DNA of 63,975 bases, the filler included, from Caldilineae bacterium (GTDB lineage Bacteria; Chloroflexota; Anaerolineae; DTLA01), in the NCBI GenBank assembly GCA_037446815.1. It is 8 parts of 8 records of this genome, joined end to end, with 100 filler letters (N's around TTAATTAATTAA, not from the genome) between each part and the next. Parts side by side here need not be neighbours in the genome. Positions count along the whole stretch, not along the records: positions 41,241 to 48,876 come from JBBIHX010000138.1; positions 48,977 to 56,598 come from JBBIHX010000139.1; positions 56,699 to 63,975 come from JBBIHX010000145.1; 5 more parts are not named here. The stretch is one strand, 5' to 3'. Under the pieces are notes generated by a model. It was not told where the DNA came from, searched no databases, and worked only from the letters and a program-made list of their open reading frames with translations. How positions within the stretch are numbered: the first letter of the stretch is position 1; each line of letters starts with the position of its first letter. The translations under genes were made by a program, and so were the position numbers. Of this stretch, positions 47,885-57,583 are shown one piece after another.

Positions 47885-48035
47885 GCCACACCTCCATGCA
47901 GCGCAAAACTCTCCGAAGAGCGCAGGCGGACGCGCCACGCGAACCACCCAGCGCGCCGGCATCCGCGGGCAGCAGCGCTCGGATTTCACTCAGCGGGCAA
48001 CAGCCCAGCGGTCCCGCGACAGGGGCCACTTCCCC

Positions 48036-48440
48036 CTATGCCCACTCGGTGGGCACAAGGGCGCAGCACTTGACCAACTCTTGGGCCGCCTTGACGTTCT
48101 TCATAATCATGGTCATGTTGCCCTTGAGTTTCAGTTTCCGCGTCATCAGGCCCTGAATGGGGTCCAACTGCGCCTTGATGACCCGCACCCACGTGTCGTA
48201 GGCGGCGCTCATGACAAACGCGGGGTTCTTCTCGCTGGGGTCGGTGATCCCCTTCGCCTCGCGGCACTTGCCGTGCCACAGGTCCATGTACAGGATGGCC
48301 TGTTCAGTCAGGGGGCCGCCCGGCTCCACGATGAAGTAGAAATCGCCCTCCCAATTCTTGGCGGCCTCGGCGTAGGCTTCGCTGCTGTTCAGCGCCTCGC
48401 ACAGGGCAACCACCCACTCATGAGACGGAAACTTCGGCAT
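48036..48440 (-). CDS. SCP2 sterol/lipid-binding domain protein
   Basis: [30 protein letters not shown]. Confidence 0.88.
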   Translation of the reverse strand: MPKFPSHEWVVALCEALNSSEAYAEAAKNWEGDFYFIVEPGGPLTEQAILYMDLWHGKCREAKGITDPSEKNPAFVMSAAYDTWVRVIKAQLDPIQGLMTRKLKLKGNMTMIMKNVKAAQELVKCCALVPTEWA

Positions 48441-48610
48441 GGCTAACCTCCTTGCGCGAACGAAATGTGGGACAGACCATCAACGGCAAGGGGCCGAAGA
48501 ACCCTGGCCCCGCAAAGAAGCGGAACGGTGGGAACCGAATTCAGCAGGCACGTCGCCGGGCTCGGGAGCATCATCAGCGAACTTCCTCTGCGTGATTGAG
48601 TACGTGAAAC

Positions 48611-48640
48611 ATTATACAAGGGGAGGCGTAGAGGTGTCAA
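48611..48640 (-). promoter_or_regulatory. Sigma70-type promoter TTGACA-18-TATAAT
   Basis: Upstream of SCP2-ADH-AOR. Confidence 0.8.
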
Positions 48641-48655
48641 CCGCCCCAAAACGAG

Positions 48656-48876
48656 GAGTCGGTTCCAAAGTCTGTTGGTGGCTGTCATTGCGAGGGCACG
48701 CAGTGCCCGAAGCAATCTCCGGGGCGTGGGATTGCTTCGCTTCGCTCGCAATGACACACGAGGAGAGTGCGCCTGCGGTTCACCAACACAAGATGAAACC
48801 GACTCAAAACGAGGAGTCGGTTTCATCTTGTGTTGGTCTGTGCGGCGCACCGCCTCCCCGCCCTGTCATGCTGAGC
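48656..48876 (+). mobile_element. 150-bp MITE (48656-48805) plus adjacent inverted truncated copy (48814-48876)
   Basis: Ends GAGTCGGTTCCA/TGAAACCGACTC; 8-bp duplication AAAACGAG at 48648-48655 and 48806-48813. Confidence 0.92.
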
Positions 48877-49138
48877 NNNNNNNNNNNNNNNNNNNNNNNN
48901 NNNNNNNNNNNNNNNNNNNNTTAATTAATTAANNNNNNNNNNNNNNNNNNNNNNNNNNNNNNNNNNNNNNNNNNNNTGACAGATGGGGGCCAACGTGCGA
49001 CGCACCTCGCAGGTGCATCGCACGTAACCGCCTTCGCGTGGATTCGCGTTATCGCGGTTTTGTATCCGAGCGCAAACCGTGCTACAATGCAGGCTAACGT
49101 TGGGCCAAGCCATTGTCCCACAAAGGGGGAGGAGAAAG

Positions 49139-49642
49139 GTGCATACCCCCGTCCTGGTACTCAATCACAACTTCCAGCCGCTGCATGTGTGCAGCACCCG
49201 CAGGGCCATGACCCTCCTGTACCTGGGCAAGGCCGAGGTCGTGGAGAATGGCCGCGGGTACGTGCGCACGCCCTCGTGCCTGCTGCCTCGCCCATCGGTG
49301 ATCCGCCTGCACCGAAGTGTGGTGCGGCCCTATCCGCGCGTGCGGCTCAGCAAGAAGGAGATCTTCCGCCGCGACAACTACACGTGCCAGTACTGCGGGC
49401 AACCGTCCAGGCATCTCACCGTGGACCACGTGATTCCGCGCCATCGCGGTGGCACGCCCACGTGGGACAACCTGGTGTCGGCGTGCCCTGCGTGCAACCG
49501 GCGCAAGGGCGGGCGCACGCCGCAAGAGGCCCAGATGCGCCTGCTGCGGCCCGCCTTTGAGCCGCGCGCCAACAGCCTGTACCTCTTCCGCCACTATCTG
49601 GACGAATACAAGGAGTGGCGCAAGTTCATTGAGGGCTGGTGA
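49139..49642 (+). CDS. HNH endonuclease (McrA-like)
   Basis: VLVLN, PSVIRL, RD..TCQYCG, TVDHVIP, W.NLV.AC..CN.RKG. Confidence 0.92.
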   Translation: MHTPVLVLNHNFQPLHVCSTRRAMTLLYLGKAEVVENGRGYVRTPSCLLPRPSVIRLHRSVVRPYPRVRLSKKEIFRRDNYTCQYCGQPSRHLTVDHVIPRHRGGTPTWDNLVSACPACNRRKGGRTPQEAQMRLLRPAFEPRANSLYLFRHYLDEYKEWRKFIEGW

Positions 49643-49694
49643 GCCTTTGGTACGACCGTGGGATTCCGCCTACCCGCCCACAGGGGCGGGTAGT

Positions 49695-50813
49695 TCATTT
49701 CTGGGCGTCGGCGCTCGTGGCGATGTCCACCAGCGCGTACAGCCCGCCGGAGACCAGCGAATGCCCGCCGAGGAGCACGGGAATCGGCGCTTCGGCGGCG
49801 GCCTCGGTCAGGGCCTTCAGGACGGGGTCGGCGATGTCGCCCGCTCGGAGCAGGTCGGACCGGTAACGGTCGGTGTTCGTGGGCCACTTGCCGAAGTGAG
49901 AGAGCAACACGCGGCTGTCCAGTAGCACCAGGTCGGCCACCTCCGCCAGGGTTCGGAACAACTCCCTGGGGCCGCGCTCGCCCATGAAGTGGCCGAGGAT
50001 CGTGCGCACTTCGCCCCTGTCCATGCGCCCGCTGGCCCGCATCCCGCGCTCCTCGGCCAGCACGAGCACCGTGCAAGGCGTGCGTTTCTCCGCGTAGGCC
50101 CGCGCCGCCGCTCCGACCCTGCCCGCGAGTAAGACGCGCGCGCCCGGTCGGCGCAGCACGTCTAGCGCACGCATGACCGGCGTCAAATCCAGGCCCAGGC
50201 CGTCCAGGTAGGCGCGCAGGCGCGGCGGGCTGGCGGGATGCGCCAGGCAGATCATCAGGTCCACGGGCGTGTCCAGGTCAAACAGGCCCGCGGTGCCGGG
50301 CGGGAGGGCCAATGCCTCCAGCCCGGCCTGCCGCGCCAGTCGCCAGGCCAGGTCGTTGTCCGTGTCGGGCGGCTCTACGCGGCAGATGGCTTCTGCGGGC
50401 GTGAAGGCGACAAGGTCTGAGGAATAGAAGTTGTTGGCCACGAGGCGGTTCTCGCCCTCCGCCACCGTCCGCGCAATCCAGCGGATGTCGTCATCGGCGA
50501 GGAAGATGCCGCTGCCGCCGCCGGCGTAGAAGGGCCGCGCCAGGCCGTATGCGGTTACCAATTCCCGAAGCCGCCGCCCGAAGTGGAACGCCCCGCGATC
50601 TAGCGCGATTTCCACATCAGGATGAGAAGCGCGAACTCGCGCGGCGAACCGCTCCGAGTTGGTCGCCACCAGCGCGCGGCCGATGCCGTCCACGCGGGCG
50701 GCCCGGTCCAGCCAATCCAGCGTGGCGGCGCGCCAAGCCTCGGTCATCATCGTTTCTTCGGGAGTGGACTCATCCCCGCCCGTCATGAGGACGAGTTCCA
50801 GGCGCTTCGGCAT
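49695..50813 (-). CDS. Hypothetical protein with CofC/MobA-like nucleotidyltransferase signature
   Basis: FDLDTPVDL motif; long ORF with native codon usage. Confidence 0.55.
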   Translation of the reverse strand: MPKRLELVLMTGGDESTPEETMMTEAWRAATLDWLDRAARVDGIGRALVATNSERFAARVRASHPDVEIALDRGAFHFGRRLRELVTAYGLARPFYAGGGSGIFLADDDIRWIARTVAEGENRLVANNFYSSDLVAFTPAEAICRVEPPDTDNDLAWRLARQAGLEALALPPGTAGLFDLDTPVDLMICLAHPASPPRLRAYLDGLGLDLTPVMRALDVLRRPGARVLLAGRVGAAARAYAEKRTPCTVLVLAEERGMRASGRMDRGEVRTILGHFMGERGPRELFRTLAEVADLVLLDSRVLLSHFGKWPTNTDRYRSDLLRAGDIADPVLKALTEAAAEAPIPVLLGGHSLVSGGLYALVDIATSADAQK

Positions 50814-50919
50814 TCGGCCCTCCGAAATTGGGAGGGGCTAGAGCGTCTGCCCTAGCCCCTTCGCGCGTCATGGGGTGTGAGATTGCGAGCGTTGCGCAAG
50901 CGCCGGCGGCAGCACGGGC

Positions 50920-51462
50920 TCACGCAATCTCCGGCTCCAGCAGGCCGTAGTCGCCGTCGTGTCGGCGGTAGACCACGCTGAGGCGGTCGGTGTTGACGTT
51001 CAGAAAGATGAAGAAGTCGTGGCCCAGCAGTTCCATCTGCTCAATGGCCTCGGTCTCCTCCATGCGGTCCACGCGGAACCGCTTGGTGCGGACGATGCGC
51101 GGCTCTTCCTCCTCCGCTTCGCTCACGGGGACCGGGGGCATCTCGCCTGGGCTTGGGCGGCCTCGGCGGCGCTGCTTGCCTTTGAACCGCGCGATCTGGC
51201 GGTGCATCTTATCCACGGCGGCGTCAATGGAGGCGAACATGTCGGCCGATTTCTCCTCCACGCGGAGAATCGTGCCGCTGCTGCGTACCGTTACCTGCAC
51301 AACCTGGCGGTCTTGGGCGCTCTTGGTCTTCTCCACGGCCAACTCCACCCGCGCCTCGTCAATGTTGGGAAGATACCGATCCAGTTTGCCGATTTTCTTC
51401 TCTACATACGACCGCAGCCAGTCCGTAACTTCCACATTCTTGCCGGTGATAATCAGTTGCAT
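50920..51462 (-). CDS. hpf: Long ribosome hibernation promoting factor
   Basis: GKNVEVT, DMFASID, EA.EQMELLGHDFF.F, VVYRR.DG.YGL. Confidence 0.95.
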   Translation of the reverse strand: MQLIITGKNVEVTDWLRSYVEKKIGKLDRYLPNIDEARVELAVEKTKSAQDRQVVQVTVRSSGTILRVEEKSADMFASIDAAVDKMHRQIARFKGKQRRRGRPSPGEMPPVPVSEAEEEEPRIVRTKRFRVDRMEETEAIEQMELLGHDFFIFLNVNTDRLSVVYRRHDGDYGLLEPEIA

Positions 51463-51527
51463 CTCCCTGCTCCTTACGATTGGTATGTCCTGCCGAGAAA
51501 CTTGGAATGAATCCACGGCTACATGAC

Positions 51528-51564
51528 AAAAGCCGACCTACAGCATGTGCCCATGGAGGTCGGC
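51528..51564 (-). terminator. Terminator-like hairpin in the hpf leader
   Basis: GCCGACCT...AGGTCGGC followed by TTTT on the minus strand. Confidence 0.55.
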
Positions 51565-51645
51565 CTTGCCCATTCCCCCGAAGCGCTCATGTACACCGCC
51601 TGTCCCTGTTCGCAATAGGAGAAGACGGGTTCCGATTGCAAGTAC

Positions 51646-51674
51646 ATTATACCCCAACGGGGGCGATTTTGCAA
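51646..51674 (-). promoter_or_regulatory. Sigma70-type promoter TTGCAA-17-TATAAT for hpf
   Basis: Near consensus; divergent TATAAT at 51706-51711. Confidence 0.75.
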
Positions 51675-51719
51675 TATGCAAATTCGGAATTTGGCGCGTC
51701 CGATATATAATCGGCTCTG

Positions 51720-52736
51720 ATGAACACGCGCGCGGGAACGACAAACACACTCGGCGGGAAGCCGAGGCCCTACCGATGGCTGGGCGCTGCCATCATGGCG
51801 CTGGCGGCCGCACTCTTTGCCGCCTGCGGCCACGTGTGGACGCTCCCGACGGACACGCCGGTGGTGGCGTCGGCCACGAGCGCGCCGACCGCGACGGTGG
51901 CGGAGCCGACGAGCACGCCCCGCCCGCCGCAGCCCGTCTGGCTGCCGACGCGGACGCCCGCGCCCACCCCGACGCCCATCATTTACGTTGTCCAAAAGGG
52001 CGACACGCTCATCGGCATCGCCAAGCAGTTCGGCATCTCGGCGACCGTGCTACAAACGGCCAACGGCATCGTGGATCCGCGGCGGCTGCAAATCGGGCAG
52101 GAGTTGCTCATCCCGCCGGCGGACGAAGGCGCGCGGCATGTGCTGCCCACGCCCACGCCCGTGGCGGTGCGCGTGGAAAACGTGAGCGTGCACGCGCTGC
52201 CGACGGGCGGGTACTGCGTCCTGGGCGAGGTCGTGAACCCGCTGGCCGATTCGGTGGAGCGCGTGGCCGTGGAGGTGGCGCTGTTGGACGCGGGCGAGGG
52301 CGTCGTCGCGGAGGCGCAGGTGGCCACGCTCCTGGAGGTGATTCCTCCGGGCGAGTCGGCGGCCTTCGCGGCCCTGTTCCCCGACGCGCCGCCTTTCGCG
52401 AACTACCGCGTCGCCGTGATGAGCGCGGATGTGCTCCAGCATCTGGGGCACCTGTATCTGGACTTCGCCGTGCTCACGCACGAGGTGCGCACGGGGCGCA
52501 ACGGCTCGGCGGACGTAGCGGGCGAGATCGCCAACGACGGCAACGCCATCGCGCGCCCGTTTGTCGTCGTAACGTGCTACGGCGCGGACGGGCGGCTCGT
52601 CGCGGCGCGAGAGGTGCCCGCCGACCCGCCGGTGCTTGGCCCGGGCGAGCGGGGCGCGTTCACCGCCACGCTGACGCCGCTGGGCGCCGTTGACCGCTGT
52701 CGCGTGCAGGTGCAGGGCGAACGGCTTGGCGAGTAG
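51720..52736 (+). CDS. LysM-domain lipoprotein with two FxLYD-like domains
   Basis: Lipobox FAAC; YVVQKGDTL..IA..FG; G.V.N...V.L.D pattern twice. Confidence 0.85.
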   Translation: MNTRAGTTNTLGGKPRPYRWLGAAIMALAAALFAACGHVWTLPTDTPVVASATSAPTATVAEPTSTPRPPQPVWLPTRTPAPTPTPIIYVVQKGDTLIGIAKQFGISATVLQTANGIVDPRRLQIGQELLIPPADEGARHVLPTPTPVAVRVENVSVHALPTGGYCVLGEVVNPLADSVERVAVEVALLDAGEGVVAEAQVATLLEVIPPGESAAFAALFPDAPPFANYRVAVMSADVLQHLGHLYLDFAVLTHEVRTGRNGSADVAGEIANDGNAIARPFVVVTCYGADGRLVAAREVPADPPVLGPGERGAFTATLTPLGAVDRCRVQVQGERLGE

Positions 52737-52793
52737 GCCGTGGGGCCGTGCCGCGTTGGCGCGGACGCAATACCATTTGTCAGGGGAACTCAC

Positions 52794-53615
52794 GTGTTGA
52801 CACCATCCGAGACGTCGGAAACCGAAAAGGCGGCGACTACCGGGGCGCACGGAGAGACCGTCGCGGGTTATGGGAGTCTCGCGCGCCGCCTTCGGCTGCC
52901 CGAGGCGCTGATGGCGCTGGGCGCTGTTCTCATCATCGCGTTCGCGGTCCTATGGGCGCGGCAGGGGAACGAAAGCCCCGGCGTGCCCTCGGTGGTGCAG
53001 CCCACGCCCTTCCCCACCGTGCCCGCGCCGACGGCCACGCCCTCCCCGTCGCCGACGGCCACGCCGCTCCCGGGCGCGCCCACTGCCATCGTCCTGCCGA
53101 CGATTCCCAGCGCCCCGCCCGCGCCCGCGACGCCGGTGCCCGCCCGCTCATCCCCGACGCGCATCGTCATCCCCGCCATCAACCTGGACGCACCGGTGGT
53201 GGAAGTGGGCTGGAAGGCGGTGGAGCGTAACGGGGAAACCGTAACCGAGTGGGATGTGGCCGACTACGCGGTTGGATTCCATCTTGGGTCAGCCTATCCG
53301 GGCAACATCGGGAATACCGTATTGTCGGGCCACCACAACGTGCGCGGCAAGGTGTTCCGGTACCTGGTGAACGTGAACCCGGGCGATGTGATCATCCTGT
53401 ACGCGGAGGGCCGGCCGTACTACTATCGGGTGGAGAGCAAGCAGATCCTGCCCGAGAAGTACGCATCGGACGAGCAGCGGCAGAAGAACGCCGAACTCAT
53501 CGGCTACTTTCCCGACGAGCGGCTAACGCTGGTAACCTGCTGGCCCTATACGAGCAACACCCATCGCGTGGTGGTCATCGCGCGGCCGGTGCCGCCGCCC
53601 GCCGACGCGAAGTAG
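52794..53615 (+). CDS. Sortase
   Basis: N-terminal TM; GNTVLSGH, LTLVTCWP, catalytic Arg in HRVVV. Confidence 0.92.
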   Translation: MLTPSETSETEKAATTGAHGETVAGYGSLARRLRLPEALMALGAVLIIAFAVLWARQGNESPGVPSVVQPTPFPTVPAPTATPSPSPTATPLPGAPTAIVLPTIPSAPPAPATPVPARSSPTRIVIPAINLDAPVVEVGWKAVERNGETVTEWDVADYAVGFHLGSAYPGNIGNTVLSGHHNVRGKVFRYLVNVNPGDVIILYAEGRPYYYRVESKQILPEKYASDEQRQKNAELIGYFPDERLTLVTCWPYTSNTHRVVVIARPVPPPADAK

Positions 53616-53629
53616 CCGCGGGTTCGTCC

Positions 53630-54475
53630 TCACGGCGCGCCGGCGTCGGCGAACGCATTGGCCAGCGCGGCCCACTCCTCCAGCCGCAGCGTCTCGGCCC
53701 GCCGCTTCGGATCCACGCCACACGCAATGAGCGCGGCTTCGGCCTGCTCCGGCGGAATGCCCAGCCCGGCGCTCAAGGCGTTGCGCAACTGCTTGCGCCG
53801 CTGCCCGAAGCCTGCCCGTGCGACGCGGAACAGCCATGCCTCGTCGCGCACCGCCGCCACCGGCGCGGGCCGCATCTCCAGGCGCAGCACGGCGGAATCC
53901 ACCTTCGGCGCGGGGGTGAACGCGCCCGCCGGGACGCGGGTAACGATGCGGGGCGCGGCGTACCACTGCACCGCCACCGCCAGCAGGCTCATGGCCCCCG
54001 GGCGCGCGCAAATCCGCTGCGCCACTTCCCACTGCACCGTGAGGACGGCCAGCGCGGGGCGAACGTCGGCTTCCAGCAGAAGCCGCAGAACCGCCGAGGT
54101 TACGTAGTAGGGCAGGTTCGCAACGACCTTGTACGTGTAGGAATCTGCGAGGTAGGGGCGGAGAAGTTGCCCGATGTCCGTCGTCAGGATGTCGGCGTGC
54201 ACCAGCGTCAGGCGCGGGTCGCCCGCAAATCGCCCTTCCAGCAGGCGCACCATGCGGGAATCCAGTTCCACGGCGACGACGTGCCCCGCGCGGGCCAGCA
54301 GGTGCTCGGTCAGGTTGCCCGTCCCCGGCCCGATTTCCAGCACCACATCGTGCGGGGACAGTTCCGCCGCGTCTGCGATCTTGCGGAGATACACCGGGTC
54401 GGCGAGAAAGTTCTGCCCGAGGCTCTTCTTCGGGCGCACAGGGCCTTCGTCCAGGATGCCCTGCAGGCGGGACAT
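53630..54475 (-). CDS. rsmA: 16S rRNA adenine dimethyltransferase
   Basis: KSLGQNFL, VLEIGPG.G, ANLPYY, P.PKVDS, QRRK.LRN, RAETL. Confidence 0.97.
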   Translation of the reverse strand: MSRLQGILDEGPVRPKKSLGQNFLADPVYLRKIADAAELSPHDVVLEIGPGTGNLTEHLLARAGHVVAVELDSRMVRLLEGRFAGDPRLTLVHADILTTDIGQLLRPYLADSYTYKVVANLPYYVTSAVLRLLLEADVRPALAVLTVQWEVAQRICARPGAMSLLAVAVQWYAAPRIVTRVPAGAFTPAPKVDSAVLRLEMRPAPVAAVRDEAWLFRVARAGFGQRRKQLRNALSAGLGIPPEQAEAALIACGVDPKRRAETLRLEEWAALANAFADAGAP

Positions 54476-54482
54476 GGCGCGC

Positions 54483-56021
54483 CTACCTGGATTCTACCGG
54501 CCAGTCGGGCAGGACGTACCGAATCTGGTCGGGCGGGGGTGGCGGGGCCAAGAGATACACGTCCACCCACTTCTTCCACAGCACCAGGTTGTCCTCGTCG
54601 TAGCACAGGTCAATGCGCAGGCCCTTGATGGCGCCCCCGGTGTCGCCCACGTCGGCGATTCCGTAGCCGGGCACGTACATCTTGGTCTTCAGGTTGACGA
54701 CCGTGGGGTCCACGGCGACGATGCCCTTGCGGGCGCGCCAGCCCACCCGCGTGATGCCGTACTCCGGATGATCGCGCGTCTTGCCCGACGTGGCCGCGGT
54801 GTACGACGTGGCCAGCACGCGCAACTTGCGCCAGTACTGAATCGTGCCGTAGGGCGTCTCCAACTCGCGGATGACGATCTTCGTCCCGTAGGCGAAGACC
54901 TGGTCCTTCGGCTCCATCGCGACCCATTCGTCCATGACGCTGCGCTCCACTTCTACGCCGTCGCGGATGACGGTGCGGATGCGGCGCTTGCGCAACCCCT
55001 CCTCGCCGGGCCGGAGCAGCCGCCGCTGGTCAATCTCCAGCGATGGGTCGGGCTGCCACACCACCGAGTAGGCGATGGGTTCCTGCTCAACGGTGAACGC
55101 CTGCCGCAGCCGCACCACCTGGATGCGCATGCCGGAGCGCAGGGGGGTATCGGCGGGCGGGTCGGTGTAGTCCATGCCCACGAGGACGACCCCGGCCTCG
55201 GCCAGCGCGTCGCCCACGGTCGCCCCCTGAACGCGCGTGGAGATGAGGCGGGAGTCCACTTCTATGTCCACCGGCGTGGCGCGGCGGATGTACACGGTCA
55301 TGCCAGGGACGATGGGCGCGCCGATTTCCGGGAAAGCCGCGTCGCCATCAAGGAGGCTCACGCCAGCGGCGGCCAGCGCCTCGCCCACGGTGGGCGCCGT
55401 CGTCTGGATTTGCGCGATGACGTTGCCATCGCTCACCTTCACGGCGACGGCGCGGCGAACTTCCAGCGTGAGCGTGTCCCTGCGCCCGATGGCGCGCGCG
55501 TCCCCACGGCTGGACACCGTGCGGGGGTTCGGCGCGGAGGCGGGCGAGGCCGGGCCAACCACCTGCCCGTCCGCCAAGATCACGTCCGCGTCGCCGATGC
55601 GGATTCCCGCCTCGGCGAGGATCTGCGCTGGCGTGGTGGCGCGCGTGTGGATGGTGAAGGTTCGCCCGTCGGCGGAGATGGTAACGGCGCGCGCCCGCTC
55701 CACGGTGATGGGCATCTGGGGCGTCAGCGGCGTCTCGGGGCTTGGCCAGACGGCGTCGGCGGGGGACAGGCGAAACCCCTGCTGCTCCAAGAGGGCGCCC
55801 ACGGTGGGCGCATGCGTGGTGATGAAGCGGGCCTCCCCGTCCACCCGGAGGGTTATCGGCACGGCCGTCTGGGCGTAGGCGCGCCAGCCGAGAGCGGCCA
55901 GCAGCGCCACAGCCACGGCGAGCGCCGTCGTTCGCGCCGCCGCTGCCAGGCCGCGCGGTGGGTTTATGGCATCCTGCGCCGGTGCGTCGGTGCAGGACGA
56001 TGGATAGGTTGTACTGCTCAA
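54483..56021 (-). CDS. YabE/RpfB-like cell-wall protein (DUF348 repeats, G5, 3D domain); start inferred
   Basis: TVG..L repeats, G5 region, ATSY, VAVDP, YVPGYG, DTGGAIKG.RID; TTG start after GAGG. Confidence 0.85.
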   Translation of the reverse strand: MSSTTYPSSCTDAPAQDAINPPRGLAAAARTTALAVAVALLAALGWRAYAQTAVPITLRVDGEARFITTHAPTVGALLEQQGFRLSPADAVWPSPETPLTPQMPITVERARAVTISADGRTFTIHTRATTPAQILAEAGIRIGDADVILADGQVVGPASPASAPNPRTVSSRGDARAIGRRDTLTLEVRRAVAVKVSDGNVIAQIQTTAPTVGEALAAAGVSLLDGDAAFPEIGAPIVPGMTVYIRRATPVDIEVDSRLISTRVQGATVGDALAEAGVVLVGMDYTDPPADTPLRSGMRIQVVRLRQAFTVEQEPIAYSVVWQPDPSLEIDQRRLLRPGEEGLRKRRIRTVIRDGVEVERSVMDEWVAMEPKDQVFAYGTKIVIRELETPYGTIQYWRKLRVLATSYTAATSGKTRDHPEYGITRVGWRARKGIVAVDPTVVNLKTKMYVPGYGIADVGDTGGAIKGLRIDLCYDEDNLVLWKKWVDVYLLAPPPPPDQIRYVLPDWPVESR

Positions 56022-56065
56022 GATGACCTCACAATGAAACTCGTCTGATCTCGGGCAAAGACAAA

Positions 56066-56335
56066 GGGTCGTGCACCCTTCCTTGACCTGCATCCCCTGG
56101 CTTGCCCGACCAGCCAACTCCGGTCAGGCGACCCTGCGTCACCCAGAAAGCACTCCTTACCGTTGCTTCCTCCCGGACCTGGCGGGGTTCGGAGGTTTCT
56201 GCCGCGCAGGACCCAACCTTCACCGCCGCTTGATCGGAGCAGTCCCAAGGAATCACAGGCCTCAAAAGGGCATTCAACCCCGCTATAGCGGATTGCGGGT
56301 ACAGGGCACCGCTAGCTCCCCGTTTAGCACGACCC
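56066..56335 (-). ncRNA. ffs: Large (Alu-domain) bacterial SRP RNA
   Basis: 5' GGTCGTGCTAAACGGGGAGCTAGCGGTGCCCTGTACCCGCAATCCGCTATAGC; domain IV GCCAGGTCCGGGAGGAAGCAAC; paired 5'/3' ends. Confidence 0.93.
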
Positions 56336-56376
56336 AAGATGATGTTACCCGATGGCGCCGAGAATGTCAAATGAAA

Positions 56377-56464
56377 TGGCGGAGAGGGTGGGATTCGAAC
56401 CCACGGAGGATTGCTCCTCACGCGATTTCCAATCGCGCCGATTCGTCCGCTCTCGCACCTCTCC
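56377..56464 (-). tRNA. tRNA-Ser (GGA)
   Basis: Cloverleaf with CGCGA-TTGGAAA-TCGCG anticodon arm, long variable arm, GTTCGAATC, encoded CCA. Confidence 0.97.
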
Positions 56465-56480
56465 GCGCACGAGCGATGGA

Positions 56481-56509
56481 ATTATACGTGCGCGGCGCGG
56501 AATTGGCAA
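56481..56509 (-). promoter_or_regulatory. Sigma70-type promoter TTGCCA-17-TATAAT for tRNA-Ser
   Basis: Near consensus. Confidence 0.8.
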
Positions 56510-56525
56510 TTTGACGGCCACCGTG

Positions 56526-56598
56526 GAGTCGGTTTCATCTTGTGTTGGTGAAACGCATGGGCACTCTCTTCTTGTGTCGTTGCGAGCGAAGCGAAGCA
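56526..56598 (-). mobile_element. MITE copy (reverse), truncated by contig end
   Basis: GAGTCGGTTTCATCTTGTGTTGGTG. Confidence 0.85.
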
Positions 56599-56698
56599 NN
56601 NNNNNNNNNNNNNNNNNNNNNNNNNNNNNNNNNNNNNNNNNNTTAATTAATTAANNNNNNNNNNNNNNNNNNNNNNNNNNNNNNNNNNNNNNNNNNNN

Positions 56699-57298
56699 GT
56701 GCATGTGCTGGCGGAGCGGGCCGTGGTCCTCGCGCACGCCGAACACGAGCAGGAACCGCGCTGGGCGGTCGGTGGGGTTGCGCCAGCGGTGGGGCAACTC
56801 GGCCCGAAACAGCAGCGCGTCGCGGACGCCCAAGCGGTACGTGGCCCCTGCGACCTCGTACTCCACCTCGCCCTCCAAGCCGTAGACGAATTCAAATCCG
56901 TCGTGGCCCATGGTGTCAGGGCCGCTGCCCGAGCCTGGCGCCAACGTAACCTCAAACGGTTCCAGGATGGATCCTCGGAGTCCGGCCCCCAGCGTCTCCA
57001 GAATGACGTTGACATCGCCCATCTGCGGGCGCTGGCCCGCGCGCGATACCACGACCTCGGCTCGGGGGCTTGCGTCCTCAAAGAAGGCTGCGATGGGGAC
57101 TTGGAGGGCCATCGCCAACTCGTGGAGCGTGGCGATGCTGGGCGAGGTCTTGCCGCGTTCAATCAGGCTGATGGCGTTGGCCGACAGGTTGCATCGGCCG
57201 GCCAGGGCGCGCAGCGAAAGCCCGCGCTTCCGCCGCAGGGCATGGATGCGTTCGCCGACGTTGGGTGGCTGGGGATTGGGTGCCACAATCACCTCCAC
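56699..57298 (-). CDS. XRE-family HTH plus cupin regulator, 3' truncated
   Basis: VGERI..LR...GLSLR.LA, ISLIERG..SPS, HDGFE..Y.LEG, PHRWRN; promoter TTGCGC-16-TATAAT at 57323-57350. Confidence 0.92.
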
Positions 57299-57366
57299 AG
57301 GCGCAATCGGTTGATGGTGCGCATTATAGCGTGCTTTTCACAGCGCGCAACAATGGCTGCGGGTCG

Positions 57367-57517
57367 CCCTCGGTCCCAGTGTCTGGTTGGTGGCTATCAT
57401 TGCGAGGGCGCGGAGCGGCCGAAGTAATCGCCGGGGCGTGCGATTGCTTCGCTTCGCTCCCAATGAAACACGATGAGAGTGCGCCTACGGGTCACCAGCG
57501 CAAGATGAGGCCGACTC
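57367..57517 (+). mobile_element. Diverged 151-bp MITE
   Basis: Same internal sequence with many substitutions; 8-bp duplication GCGGGTCG at 57359-57366 and 57518-57525. Confidence 0.85.
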
Positions 57518-57583
57518 GCGGGTCGCCCTTATCAATGCGGCGGCTTCGGGGTATGCTCCGAAAAACGCATGTGGAGGTGGGCC

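Noticed and set aside
49139..49642. HNH as a defence or Cas effector, or as the MITE mobiliser
   Set aside because: Common stand-alone McrA-like HNH family with no TIRs or defence neighbours
56022..56117. N-terminal extension of the yabE-like ORF
   Set aside because: Overlaps the SRP RNA; a TTG start with RBS at 56021 is more plausible
56377..56464. tRNA-Ser as an island integration site
   Set aside because: No duplicated tRNA 3' end; downstream is SRP RNA
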